Source: an alpha proteobacterium SCGC AAA280-B11
GTDB taxonomy: Bacteria > Pseudomonadota > Alphaproteobacteria > Pelagibacterales > Pelagibacteraceae
Direction: 5' to 3'
Length of the DNA stretch: 49,457 bases
Assembly: GCA_000371745.1 (NCBI GenBank)
Contig: AQUH01000003.1
Location: 1-49,457, forward strand
Shown: positions 21,272-30,185 of the stretch, piece after piece
Numbering within the stretch: position 1 is the first letter of the stretch
Layout: every line of letters begins with the position of its first letter
Made by a program: the position numbers and the translations under genes
The notes under the pieces: model-generated
What the model was told of the DNA's origin: nothing
What the model saw: only the letters and a program-made list of their open reading frames with translations
Databases searched by the model: none

Positions 21272-22720
21272 TTAAGCAACCTTTTTCTTTGCTGACTTTT
21301 CAATTTTATTTCTCAAATAAACATCCATTGAATCTGCAGCATCTCTTCCATCTTTAATTGCCCAAACAACCAGGGACGCTCCTCTTACAATATCTCCGGC
21401 AGCAAAAACTCCATCTAAATTAGTCTGCATTGTTTTAAGATCTGTTTTAATAGTCCCCCACTTAGAAACTTCTAATTTGGGTTCTGAAAATAAATTTGGA
21501 ATATCTTCAGGGTCAAAACCTAAGGCTTTAATTACAATGTCAGCTTTAATTTTTATTTCTGAACCTTGAATTATTTCTGGTTTTTGTCTTCCTGTCGCAT
21601 CGGCTTCTCCTAATCTCATTTTATCAAGAACAACTTCTTTTACTTCATTATTCTTTCCAATAAATTCTTTTGGATTTGTTAGCCATTGAAAATCCACCCC
21701 TTCTTCTTCAGCATTAGTAACTTCTCTTGCTGAGCCCGGCATATTTTTTTTGTCTCTTCTATATAAACATTTAACTGATTTAGCATTTTGTCTAACTGAA
21801 GTTCTAACACAATCCATTGCTGTATCTCCTCCTCCTATCACGACAACATCTTTTCCTTCTGCATTCAAAAATCCATCATCAAACATTTTAACTTTATCAC
21901 CCAATCCTTTTTTATTTGAAGCAGTTAAAAATTCCATTGCTGGATAAATATTTTTAAGATTAGATCCTGGAATATCCACTTCTCTTGCTTTGTAAACTCC
22001 TGTTGCAATTAATACTGCATCATGTTTTTTTCTAAGCTCAGATAAAGTTGCATTTTTTCCAACTACGAAATTTAATTCAAACTTTATGCCCCCATCTTTT
22101 AAAAGCTTTGTTCTTCTTTGAACAATTTCTTTTTCTAATTTAAAATTTGGAATTCCATAAATCAATAATCCACCGGGTCTATCATATTTGTCATAAACAG
22201 TTATATCGTAACCAATTTTTCTCAGTTGTTCTGCAGCGGCAAGTCCTGCTGGGCCTGCTCCTACGATACCAACGCTTTGGTCTAAATCTTTTTTAATTTT
22301 AATTGGTTTTACCCAACCTTGTTCAAAGGCAGTATCAGTAATAAATTTTTCGATCGAACCAATTGTAACTGTTCCATGACCCGCTCTTTCAATTACACAA
22401 TTTCCTTCGCAAAGTCTGTCTTGTGGACATATTCTTCCGCAAACTTCTGGCATATTATTTGTTGCTGAAGATATTTCATAAGCCTCTTCTAATCTTCCTT
22501 CTGCAGTTAATTTTAGCCAGTCAGGAATATTATTTGAAAGAGGACAATGAATTTGACAATAAGGAACTCCGCATTGAGAACATCTGCTTGATTGTTCTTC
22601 TGCTTTTGGAAGAATGTAATTTTTATAAATTTCAGAAAAATTTTTAACTCTCTGAGATGAATTAGTTTTCTCAGGAGTTTGTCCTTTTACAGTGACAAAT
22701 TTCAACATTTTTTCTATCAT
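21272..22720 (-). CDS. gltD: Glutamate synthase small subunit
   Basis: RCSQCGVPYCQIHCP, GRICPQDRLCEGNC, GAGPAG, GGGDTAMD, GASLVVWAI. Confidence 0.97.
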   Translation of the reverse strand: MIEKMLKFVTVKGQTPEKTNSSQRVKNFSEIYKNYILPKAEEQSSRCSQCGVPYCQIHCPLSNNIPDWLKLTAEGRLEEAYEISSATNNMPEVCGRICPQDRLCEGNCVIERAGHGTVTIGSIEKFITDTAFEQGWVKPIKIKKDLDQSVGIVGAGPAGLAAAEQLRKIGYDITVYDKYDRPGGLLIYGIPNFKLEKEIVQRRTKLLKDGGIKFELNFVVGKNATLSELRKKHDAVLIATGVYKAREVDIPGSNLKNIYPAMEFLTASNKKGLGDKVKMFDDGFLNAEGKDVVVIGGGDTAMDCVRTSVRQNAKSVKCLYRRDKKNMPGSAREVTNAEEEGVDFQWLTNPKEFIGKNNEVKEVVLDKMRLGEADATGRQKPEIIQGSEIKIKADIVIKALGFDPEDIPNLFSEPKLEVSKWGTIKTDLKTMQTNLDGVFAAGDIVRGASLVVWAIKDGRDAADSMDVYLRNKIEKSAKKKVA

Positions 22721-22945
22721 TATTCTTAATGTCTAGTTTTTAGTGTTTTTTAGACATTATTCACACAAAACCTATATTTTTTAAAGTTAAATTAGGTCAG
22801 TAATAATGGATCAATTTAAATATTTCGACGATTAATTAGTAAAATTGAGGATTTATTCTGTTTTTCAATCAATAATTGTAAACAATACTTAACTAAAATT
22901 TTTAGATTTATTAACTTAAGCAATTAAAATAAGGCTCTTTTAACA

Positions 22946-23722
22946 ATGGACACTAATACAAAAATTATAATTTTAAGCATTATTCAAGGCATTGCGGATT
23001 TATTTCCAATTTCATCAAACGCCCACTTAATCATTGCTCAGCATTTTATGAGTTTTGATAGAAAATTAATTATCAATACCGTAATGCATCTTGGAGCTTT
23101 ATCGGCAATTATAATTTATTTACGTAAAGATATTTTTGAAATTTCTAAAAACATTACAATGTCGAGCAAGATTGTTATTGGTTCAATACCAGCAATAATT
23201 GCTGGCTATTTTGTGCATAAATTTAAAATAATAGATTATGAAAAAACTACAGTACTAATAATAATTGCAACCGCTTCTATTATATTTGCAATAATTTTAT
23301 TTATTGCGGACAAAAAAACTGAAACAAAAAAACTATATAAAGATTTAACTTTTAAAGAGGCGTTGATTATTGGTCTCTGGCAAATAATGGGTTTAATTCC
23401 TGGATCGAGCCGATCTGGTTCTACTTTATCTGGTGGTCGATTCTTAGGCTATAATAGAGTTGATGCTGCAAAATTCTCTTTTTTTATTTCTATACCTACT
23501 GTCGCTGGAGCTGCTTTCATTGGAATATTAGATTTATTAAAACATAACGACTCTGAATTTAATATCATTGCCATTTTCTCTTTTGCAACTTCTTTTATAA
23601 CATCTTATTTAGCTATAAGATTCTTTTTCTATTTTATTGAAAAAACAAATCTAAATTTATTTGTTTATTATAGAATAATTTTAGGAATATTTCTATTCTA
23701 CTATTATTTTTTTAAACTCTAG
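22946..23722 (+). CDS. uppP: Undecaprenyl-diphosphate phosphatase (BacA/UppP)
   Basis: QGIADLFPISSNAH and PGSSRSGST motifs; multi-TM. Confidence 0.9.
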   Translation: MDTNTKIIILSIIQGIADLFPISSNAHLIIAQHFMSFDRKLIINTVMHLGALSAIIIYLRKDIFEISKNITMSSKIVIGSIPAIIAGYFVHKFKIIDYEKTTVLIIIATASIIFAIILFIADKKTETKKLYKDLTFKEALIIGLWQIMGLIPGSSRSGSTLSGGRFLGYNRVDAAKFSFFISIPTVAGAAFIGILDLLKHNDSEFNIIAIFSFATSFITSYLAIRFFFYFIEKTNLNLFVYYRIILGIFLFYYYFFKL

Positions 23723-24635
23723 TACTATTAAAAATATAATTCGGTAAAACCATTTCAATACTATGTGGTTGAATATTTAGTTGGCTAAAAGAAGAAAATT
23801 TTCCTGTATTAATATTATCTGATTTTAAAATTTCAATTTGATCAATTGTAAGCAATGGTTTTGGAAATAGCTGCATAAGACGGGCTTGCATTTTTGCAAT
23901 AAATTCTGGTAACTCAATAATTAATCTTTTTTTATTTAATTGTTTCAACAGCGCTTCTATTAGCTCTTTAAAGGAATAAACATTAGGCCCACCTAATTCA
24001 TAAATACCATTGCTAATTTTATAGCTATCAATGATATTAATAATTGCATCAGAAACATCTCCTACGTAACAGGGTTGAAATTTACTTTGACTACCCACTA
24101 ATGGAATTACGGGAAGCAAATTAATTAATTTATTAAATAAGTTAAAAAAATTATCATCTACACCAAAAATAATACTAGGTCTTAGTATTATAGAATTCTT
24201 GAAATTTTTAGTTACAGCTTTCTCACCACTTAATTTAGATTTTATATAAAGAGAATTAGATTCTTCATTTACTCCAAGGGCAGATATATGAATAAGCCGT
24301 TTTGTAATTTCTTTATTTAAAATACTTGATAAAAATTTTGGAAACAAATGATGAAGATTATTAAACGTTTGATCTTTATTTTCGTATAAAATTCCTATGC
24401 AATTTACTACATACTCTGAATCTTTAACAAGATTAGTTAAATTGTCTAAATCTGAAAAATTAAATTTTGTAACCTGAATTTGCCCTGGTTCTCCAAGAGG
24501 CTTTAAATACCCATGAAGATATGGATTTCGTGTCGGAACTATTATTTTAAAACCCTTTTTAGCAAGTTTCGATATTAAGTTTCGACCAACAAATCCTGTT
24601 CCGCCGAAGACTGTTATTGTCTTTTTTTCTGCCAT
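23712..24635 (-). CDS. Complex I NDUFA9-like NAD(P)-binding SDR protein
   Basis: VFGGTGFVG, GEPGQI, HISALG, RPSIIFG, FQPCYVGDV, YELGGP. Confidence 0.88.
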   Translation of the reverse strand: MAEKKTITVFGGTGFVGRNLISKLAKKGFKIIVPTRNPYLHGYLKPLGEPGQIQVTKFNFSDLDNLTNLVKDSEYVVNCIGILYENKDQTFNNLHHLFPKFLSSILNKEITKRLIHISALGVNEESNSLYIKSKLSGEKAVTKNFKNSIILRPSIIFGVDDNFFNLFNKLINLLPVIPLVGSQSKFQPCYVGDVSDAIINIIDSYKISNGIYELGGPNVYSFKELIEALLKQLNKKRLIIELPEFIAKMQARLMQLFPKPLLTIDQIEILKSDNINTGKFSSFSQLNIQPHSIEMVLPNYIFNSTRV

Positions 24636-24682
24636 TGTTTAATCATAATAATTAAGGATAATACCTTTTATTTAACAATAAT

Positions 24683-25294
24683 ATGAAAGTCAAAATTCAC
24701 AAAAACGATCTACCAAGCAATTCAAATCTAGGTAAAATTGTTGCTGTTGACACTGAGACCATGGGTCTTGATTACAAAAGAGATCCTCTTTGTCTGGTAC
24801 AAATATCTTCTGGAAATGAGGAAGTTCATTTAATTCAAATTAATAGGAAGAATTTTCAGGCGGATAATTTAAAAAAAATTTTAGAAGACACTAACGTTAA
24901 AAAAATCTTTCAATTTGCAAGATTTGATCTTGCAGTTTTAAGCTACTATCTAAAAGCAGATACGAACAATGTATATTGTACAAAAATTGCATCTAAAATT
25001 GGAAGAACCTACACAGACAAACATGGCCTTAAAGATTTGTGTAAAGAACTATTGAATGTTGATCTGTCAAAACAAATGCAAAGTTCTGATTGGGGCGCTG
25101 AAACTTTAACTGAACAACAGATAAATTATGCGGCTTCTGATGTTTTGTATCTACACAAAATAAAGGAAGAGCTTGATAAAATTTTAATTAGGGAAAACAG
25201 AATGGAATTAGCAGAACACTGTTTCAAATTTTTAAAACATCGAGTAACATTAGATCTTGCTGGGTGGAATAACCAAGATATTTTTTCACATTAG
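24683..25294 (+). CDS. rnd: Ribonuclease D-like 3'-5' exonuclease (DEDDy)
   Basis: AVDTETMGL, ARFD, CTKIASK, QSSDWG, YAASDV, DIFSH. Confidence 0.9.
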   Translation: MKVKIHKNDLPSNSNLGKIVAVDTETMGLDYKRDPLCLVQISSGNEEVHLIQINRKNFQADNLKKILEDTNVKKIFQFARFDLAVLSYYLKADTNNVYCTKIASKIGRTYTDKHGLKDLCKELLNVDLSKQMQSSDWGAETLTEQQINYAASDVLYLHKIKEELDKILIRENRMELAEHCFKFLKHRVTLDLAGWNNQDIFSH

Positions 25295-26254
25295 ATGATT
25301 CAAAATCAAAAAATTAAATTTGCAAAAGACGTTATTTTTCAAGAAATTAATGCATTAAAGAAATTATCCAAATCCTATAATAGTAATTTTATTAAAGCGA
25401 TTGACCTTATTCAAAAATGTAAAGGCAAAGTAATTTGCGTTGGAATGGGAAAATCCGGTCATATCATAAGAAAAATTTCTGCAACATTAAGTTCAGTTGG
25501 AATTCCATCAATTTATTTACATCCCTCTGAAGCGGCACATGGAGATCTTGGTGCATGTAATCCAAAACAAGATTGTTTTTTAATCATGTCTTATTCTGGC
25601 AATACAGATGAATTAAAAAATATTTTAAATTATGCACATAAATTTAAAATGCCAATTATTGGTGTTGCCTCAAAAGAAAATTCAACTTTAATTAATGCAA
25701 GCACAATTAAGATTGTACTGCCTAAAGTAAAAGAGGCCGGTCTTGATATGGTGCCAACAAGTTCTACTTCAATGCTACTTGCTTGGGGTGATAGTGTTGC
25801 AATCACTCTGATGAAGTTAAATAAATTTAGCAAAGAAAAATTTGCCGTGTATCATCCGTCTGGCGCTCTAGGTAAACAACTTACGCGAGTTAAAGATATT
25901 ATGATTAAAAAATCTGAAGTTCCTTTTGTTAAAGAGAACGCTTCAGTAAAAGAGGCTGTTATTCAAATTACTAAGAAAACTTATGGCTGTGTGCTTGTTA
26001 TAAATAAATCTAAAAAAGTTACGGGAATTATAACAGATGGAGATATTAGGCGTTCTATTAATAAAAAAAATTTTTTGGAAAAAAATGCAAAAGAAGTAAT
26101 GACAAAAAACCCACATATGATTTCTGAAGATACACTTGCAGGATCTGCTTTAGATATAATGAATAAGAAAAAGATTACTTCTCTTATTGTTCAAGGAAAA
26201 AATAATAACTACGGACTAATTCACATACATTCTCTTATTAGTTTTGGAGTTTAA
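25295..26254 (+). CDS. kdsD: Arabinose-5-phosphate isomerase (KdsD/GutQ/KpsF), SIS domain plus 2 CBS domains
   Basis: GMGKSGHI, HPSEAAHGDLG, PTSST, HPSGALG, CBS GIITDGDIRR. Confidence 0.92.
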   Translation: MIQNQKIKFAKDVIFQEINALKKLSKSYNSNFIKAIDLIQKCKGKVICVGMGKSGHIIRKISATLSSVGIPSIYLHPSEAAHGDLGACNPKQDCFLIMSYSGNTDELKNILNYAHKFKMPIIGVASKENSTLINASTIKIVLPKVKEAGLDMVPTSSTSMLLAWGDSVAITLMKLNKFSKEKFAVYHPSGALGKQLTRVKDIMIKKSEVPFVKENASVKEAVIQITKKTYGCVLVINKSKKVTGIITDGDIRRSINKKNFLEKNAKEVMTKNPHMISEDTLAGSALDIMNKKKITSLIVQGKNNNYGLIHIHSLISFGV

Positions 26255-26874
26255 TGAACCTCAGTGCTATTAGAAAAAGACAGCTTACAATTGTAGCTAT
26301 TGGGCTTGGAATAATATTTTTAGTATATTTTGTTTATCCAGCAATTGAAGCTTTTAGACTAAGACTAGTATCTAAAAATATCAAACCTACTGAAGGAGCT
26401 GAGAGTAATGTTTTCGAAAATATTAGCTACATTGGAACCGATTCTAGTGGCAAACAATATAACGTCAGAGCAAAACTGGCGACGATCGATAAAAATAATC
26501 AGGACTTAATTAGTTTGAAAGAAGTTGATAGTGATTTTTTGTTAAAAGATGGAGGTATTTTAAAAATTACTAGTAAGACAGGTTTATTTAATAAAGCGAC
26601 TAATGATATTTTATACGAACAAAATGTAAAAATTACACAAAAGGATGGTGTGGTTACTGCCAACAAAGCAGAGTATATTGTTAAAACAAATAATATACTT
26701 GTGACTGGTAATGTTGTTGGTGATTATAATGAAATTGATCCAAAAACAAAGAAACGACGCACTAGTCAAGTTCGTGCTGATAAGATAATAATTGATACAT
26801 TCAAGAAAACTGCCGAAGTCATAATGGATGAAAAAGGAAAACAAGTGACAGGTACTCTAAGCAATGAAAAATAA
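26254..26874 (+). CDS. lptC: LPS export protein, LptC-like beta-jellyroll
   Basis: N-terminal TM anchor followed by beta-rich domain; lies between kdsD and lptB. Confidence 0.7.
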   Translation: MNLSAIRKRQLTIVAIGLGIIFLVYFVYPAIEAFRLRLVSKNIKPTEGAESNVFENISYIGTDSSGKQYNVRAKLATIDKNNQDLISLKEVDSDFLLKDGGILKITSKTGLFNKATNDILYEQNVKITQKDGVVTANKAEYIVKTNNILVTGNVVGDYNEIDPKTKKRRTSQVRADKIIIDTFKKTAEVIMDEKGKQVTGTLSNEK

Positions 26875-27733
26875 AGAGCCTTTTGTATTGCCCAAAGAAA
26901 ATATTGTTCCTGAAGAAATATTAGAGGACAATAATAAAAAATCTCTTATTAAAAAAAATAATAAAAATGTTTTTAAACTTGTATCAGATGATTTTTATTA
27001 TAATAAAAAACCATCTACATTAGAAATTACCAATCTAACAAAGATAATTAAGCAAAGAATTATTCTTAAAAACGTTAGTGTAAGAGTTGACCCTCAAGAA
27101 ATTGTTGCTCTGCTTGGGCCAAATGGCGCGGGAAAAACAACTATGTTTTCTATTGTGCTTGGAATTCTAAATCCAACTCAAGGAAAGGTTATTTTTAATA
27201 ATAAAGTAATTAACGAATTACCTATTCATATACGTGCGAAAGAAGGAATTAGTTATCTTCCGCAATCAAGATCTATTTTTAGAGGATTAACTGTTGAAGA
27301 AAATATTAGAGCTGTTGCTGAAGTTGCAATTAAAGATAAAGACAAAGAAGATGAATTGGTAGAGCATTTATTAAATGAATTTAAAATTGCACATCTTCGA
27401 ACTGCCTCTGCGTTAAGTTTGTCTGGTGGAGAAGCAAGAAGAGTTGAGATAGCAAGGTGTTTAACAACTTCGCCTAAGGTATTATTACTCGATGAACCAT
27501 TTGCGGCTTTAGATCCAATTGCAATAATAGAACTTAAAGAAATGCTTAAGCATTTAAAAGAAAAAGGAATTAGTATTTTTATAACGGACCACAACGTTAA
27601 AGAAACTCTTGATATAGTAGATAGAGCCTACATACTTAACAGCGGCGAACTTATAGCTGAAGGATCTCCGAATGAAATTATTGAAAATAAGAAAGCAAGA
27701 CAGCTTTATTTAGGTTCGCAGTTTAGAATTTAA
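26864..27733 (+). CDS. lptB: LPS export ABC transporter ATPase
   Basis: GPNGAGKTT, YLPQ..SIFR, LSGGEARRVEIAR, LLDEPFA, ITDHNV, YLG.QF. Confidence 0.95.
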   Translation: MKNKEPFVLPKENIVPEEILEDNNKKSLIKKNNKNVFKLVSDDFYYNKKPSTLEITNLTKIIKQRIILKNVSVRVDPQEIVALLGPNGAGKTTMFSIVLGILNPTQGKVIFNNKVINELPIHIRAKEGISYLPQSRSIFRGLTVEENIRAVAEVAIKDKDKEDELVEHLLNEFKIAHLRTASALSLSGGEARRVEIARCLTTSPKVLLLDEPFAALDPIAIIELKEMLKHLKEKGISIFITDHNVKETLDIVDRAYILNSGELIAEGSPNEIIENKKARQLYLGSQFRI

Positions 27734-27748
27734 ATATATTTAAAAAAA

Positions 27749-29050
27749 CTAAACTTTTTCCAAAGCTTGCGTTATATCAGCTAAAATATCATCTGGGTGT
27801 TCGATCCCCACGGATAATCTTACATATCCTGGTGTCACTCCAGCTTTTAACTGCTCTTCTGGAGAAAGTTGCGAATGCGTTGTAGATGCTGGATGAATGG
27901 CAAGACTTCTTGCATCTCCAATATTTGCAACATGATATAAAAGTTTTAAAGCATTAATAAATTTTTTACCAGCTTCAACGCCGCCTTTTAATTCAACGCC
28001 ACATAAAGCTCCAAAACCACCATTTAAGTATTTTTTTGCACGCTTTCCAACTTCGCCTTCGTAAAGACTTGGATAAATAACTTTTTGAACTTTGCTGTGT
28101 TTAGTTAAAAAAGAAACTACTTTTTCAGCATTAGAACAATGTTGTTTCATTCTTAATGCTAGTGTTTCTAATCCTTGAATAATTTGCCAAGCATTAAAAG
28201 GGGATAATGGCGCACCTAAATCTCTTAATAAAACAACCCGTGCTCTTATAATAAATGGAATATTTGCTCCTGTTAACTTAGGAACAACTTCCCCCCAAAC
28301 AGCTCCGCCGTAAGAAGGATCAGGTTCGTTATAGAACGGTTGTCTTTTTTTATTCTCTGTCCAATTAAAATTGCCACCATCTATTATAACACCGCCAATA
28401 GAATTTCCGTGACCACCAATAAATTTAGTTAAAGAATGCATGACAATTGCAGCCCCATGCTCTAAAGGCTTACAAATAATTGGTGATGCAGTGTTATCCA
28501 TTATTAAGGGTATTCCAAATTTTTTTCCAATGTCAGCAACTTCTTTAATTGGGAAAATTCTCAGATAAGGATTTGGACAAGTCTCTCCGTAATAACCTCT
28601 TGTCTTATCGTCTGTTAATTTTTCAAAATTTTTTGGATCAACAGGGTCTGCAAAACGAACTTCTATACCCTGATCTTTTAGAGTGTTCTTAAATAAATTT
28701 ACTGTACCTCCATACAAATCTGTAGATGCAACAATATTATCTCCAGCTTTACATAAATTTTGCACACAAAATGCTGATGCCGCCTGTCCTGAACCGACCG
28801 CAAGCGCCGCAACCCCTCCCTCTAAAGCAGCCATTCTTTTTTCAAGAACGTCTACTGTTGGGTTCATAATTCTTGTGTAAATATTTCCAAATTCTTTAAG
28901 CGCAAATAAATTTGCTGCATGATCTGTGTTATTAAACTGGTAACTTGTAGTTTGATAAATTGGTACAGCAACAGAAGTTGTTGCGGGATCGCTTCTATAA
29001 TCCCCGCCATGTAACCCTATCGTTTCTGGATGTTTGCTTGATGTTGTCAT
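27749..29050 (-). CDS. metY: O-acetylhomoserine aminocarboxypropyltransferase (sulfhydrylase)
   Basis: AVPIYQTTSY, GNIYTRIMNPT, PLP lysine in HSLTKFIGGHG, HVANIGDARSL. Start placed at ATG 29050 (MTTSSKHPET). Confidence 0.93.
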   Translation of the reverse strand: MTTSSKHPETIGLHGGDYRSDPATTSVAVPIYQTTSYQFNNTDHAANLFALKEFGNIYTRIMNPTVDVLEKRMAALEGGVAALAVGSGQAASAFCVQNLCKAGDNIVASTDLYGGTVNLFKNTLKDQGIEVRFADPVDPKNFEKLTDDKTRGYYGETCPNPYLRIFPIKEVADIGKKFGIPLIMDNTASPIICKPLEHGAAIVMHSLTKFIGGHGNSIGGVIIDGGNFNWTENKKRQPFYNEPDPSYGGAVWGEVVPKLTGANIPFIIRARVVLLRDLGAPLSPFNAWQIIQGLETLALRMKQHCSNAEKVVSFLTKHSKVQKVIYPSLYEGEVGKRAKKYLNGGFGALCGVELKGGVEAGKKFINALKLLYHVANIGDARSLAIHPASTTHSQLSPEEQLKAGVTPGYVRLSVGIEHPDDILADITQALEKV

Positions 29051-29236
29051 TTTTAATTTTGTTATTTGAGATTTAAACTTAGATAAATTTACATAATTAT
29101 TAAGCAACTTCAATCTTTAAAAATCTATCTCAACTAATAAGCAATTTGTTTGTATTATTAAAAATTAACTATTTTAAAGTCACAAATAAGACTTAAATTT
29201 AGTTAAAATGAATTTAAATAAACAAGAGGGTAACTT

Positions 29237-29665
29237 ATGGAAAAAATAACTAAAATAATCTTAGCGACTATATTGTTGTTTGGAACGTTCACTTTTGCAC
29301 AAGCTGATGAAAAAAAAGTAGCTAATAAAAAAGAGTGGGAAACTAAATCTCTTACAAAAGCTGAGTTTATAAAAATATCAGAGGAAAAATTTAATAAAAT
29401 AGACACCAATAAGGATGGTGTTCTAACTCCTGAAGAAAGAAAAGCTTACTGGGAAGCTAATAAAAATCAAAGACAACCAAAAGCTAATGATAAAAATGTA
29501 GCTGACAAAAAGAATTGGGAAACTAAATCAATAACTAAAGCTGAGTTTTTAAAAAAAGAAGAGGAAAAATTTGCTAAGATGGACACAAATAAAGATGGTG
29601 TTTTATCTCCAGAAGAACGAAAAGCTTACTGGGAAGCTATGAAAGCTAAAAGAACGAAAAGCTAG
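29237..29665 (+). CDS. Secreted EF-hand calcium-binding protein with internal duplication
   Basis: SD GAGGG, signal peptide ending AQA, two canonical loops DTNKDGVL(T/S)PEE. Confidence 0.85.
   Translation: MEKITKIILATILLFGTFTFAQADEKKVANKKEWETKSLTKAEFIKISEEKFNKIDTNKDGVLTPEERKAYWEANKNQRQPKANDKNVADKKNWETKSITKAEFLKKEEEKFAKMDTNKDGVLSPEERKAYWEAMKAKRTKS
29301..29640 (+). repeat. Two-copy intragenic tandem duplication, 180-nt period
   Basis: 29301 aagctgatgaaaaaaaagtagct... matches 29481 aagctaatgataaaaatgtagct...; both copies end aaagcttactgggaagcta. Confidence 0.9.
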
Positions 29666-29678
29666 AAACTAATTAAAG

Positions 29679-29750
29679 CTATTTCTTCTTAAAAAAAAGC
29701 AAAACTAAAAGTACGATAATAACGATTAGTAAGGCTATAATAATTGGCAT
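29679..29750 (-). CDS. Putative 23-aa single-pass membrane micro-protein MPIIIALLIVIIVLLVLLFFKKK
   Basis: ATG...TAG ORF in an otherwise unexplained 190-nt gap; purely hydrophobic helix followed by a KKK tail. Confidence 0.55.
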   Translation of the reverse strand: MPIIIALLIVIIVLLVLLFFKKK

Positions 29751-29857
29751 TATAATTTAAAATTGTTTTATCATACTTTTAATATATTCCCCAAAATTAA
29801 TACAGTAAAAACACTTGTCTCTTTATTCAATCTCAAATTAGGCCTATAATAAATATC

Positions 29858-30163
29858 ATGACAAATTTTGATGATAGAGAAAAAGGGTTTGAAAGAAAAT
29901 TTATCAACGACCAAGAAGTAGAATTTAAGGTCTCTTCAAAAAGAAATAAACTTTTAGCAAATTGGGCCTCTAAAATTTTAGGATTTAATGAGCAACAGCA
30001 AAAAAATTACATAAATGAAGTTATCAAAGCAGATTTTCAAGAAGCTGGTGATGATGATGTCTTTAGAAAAATAAAAAAAGACTTAGAAAAAAAAAATATT
30101 CAGGATAAAGAAATTAGACAAAAGATGTCTGAGTTTTTGGATATTGCTAGAAAAGAAATATAA
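29858..30163 (+). CDS. F1Fo ATP synthase inhibitor zeta subunit (DUF1476 family)
   Basis: MTNFDDREKGFERKF...RNKLLA.WA...ADFQEAGDDDVFRK matches alphaproteobacterial zeta. Confidence 0.9.
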   Translation: MTNFDDREKGFERKFINDQEVEFKVSSKRNKLLANWASKILGFNEQQQKNYINEVIKADFQEAGDDDVFRKIKKDLEKKNIQDKEIRQKMSEFLDIARKEI

Positions 30164-30185
30164 TAACCAAAAACTTAAGTTTTAG

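Noticed and set aside
21268-21303. Longer gltB start given by the ORF track
   Set aside because: It overlaps the gltD 3' end; the ATG at 21267, 4 nt after the gltD stop, is more plausible.
29051-29236. SAM-V riboswitch expected upstream of metY in marine Pelagibacter
   Set aside because: Region is almost all A/T with no recognisable SAM-V/SAM-II pseudoknot motif; only a 7-bp TTGAGAT/ATCTCAA dyad. An Infernal search would be decisive.
29301-29640. Repeat considered as a CRISPR-like array
   Set aside because: Only two in-frame coding copies, with no spacers and no cas genes.
29760-29774. 15-nt identity (aaattgttttatcat) with the start of the DUF192 gene at 37094-37108
   Set aside because: Very AT-rich and short; compatible with chance.
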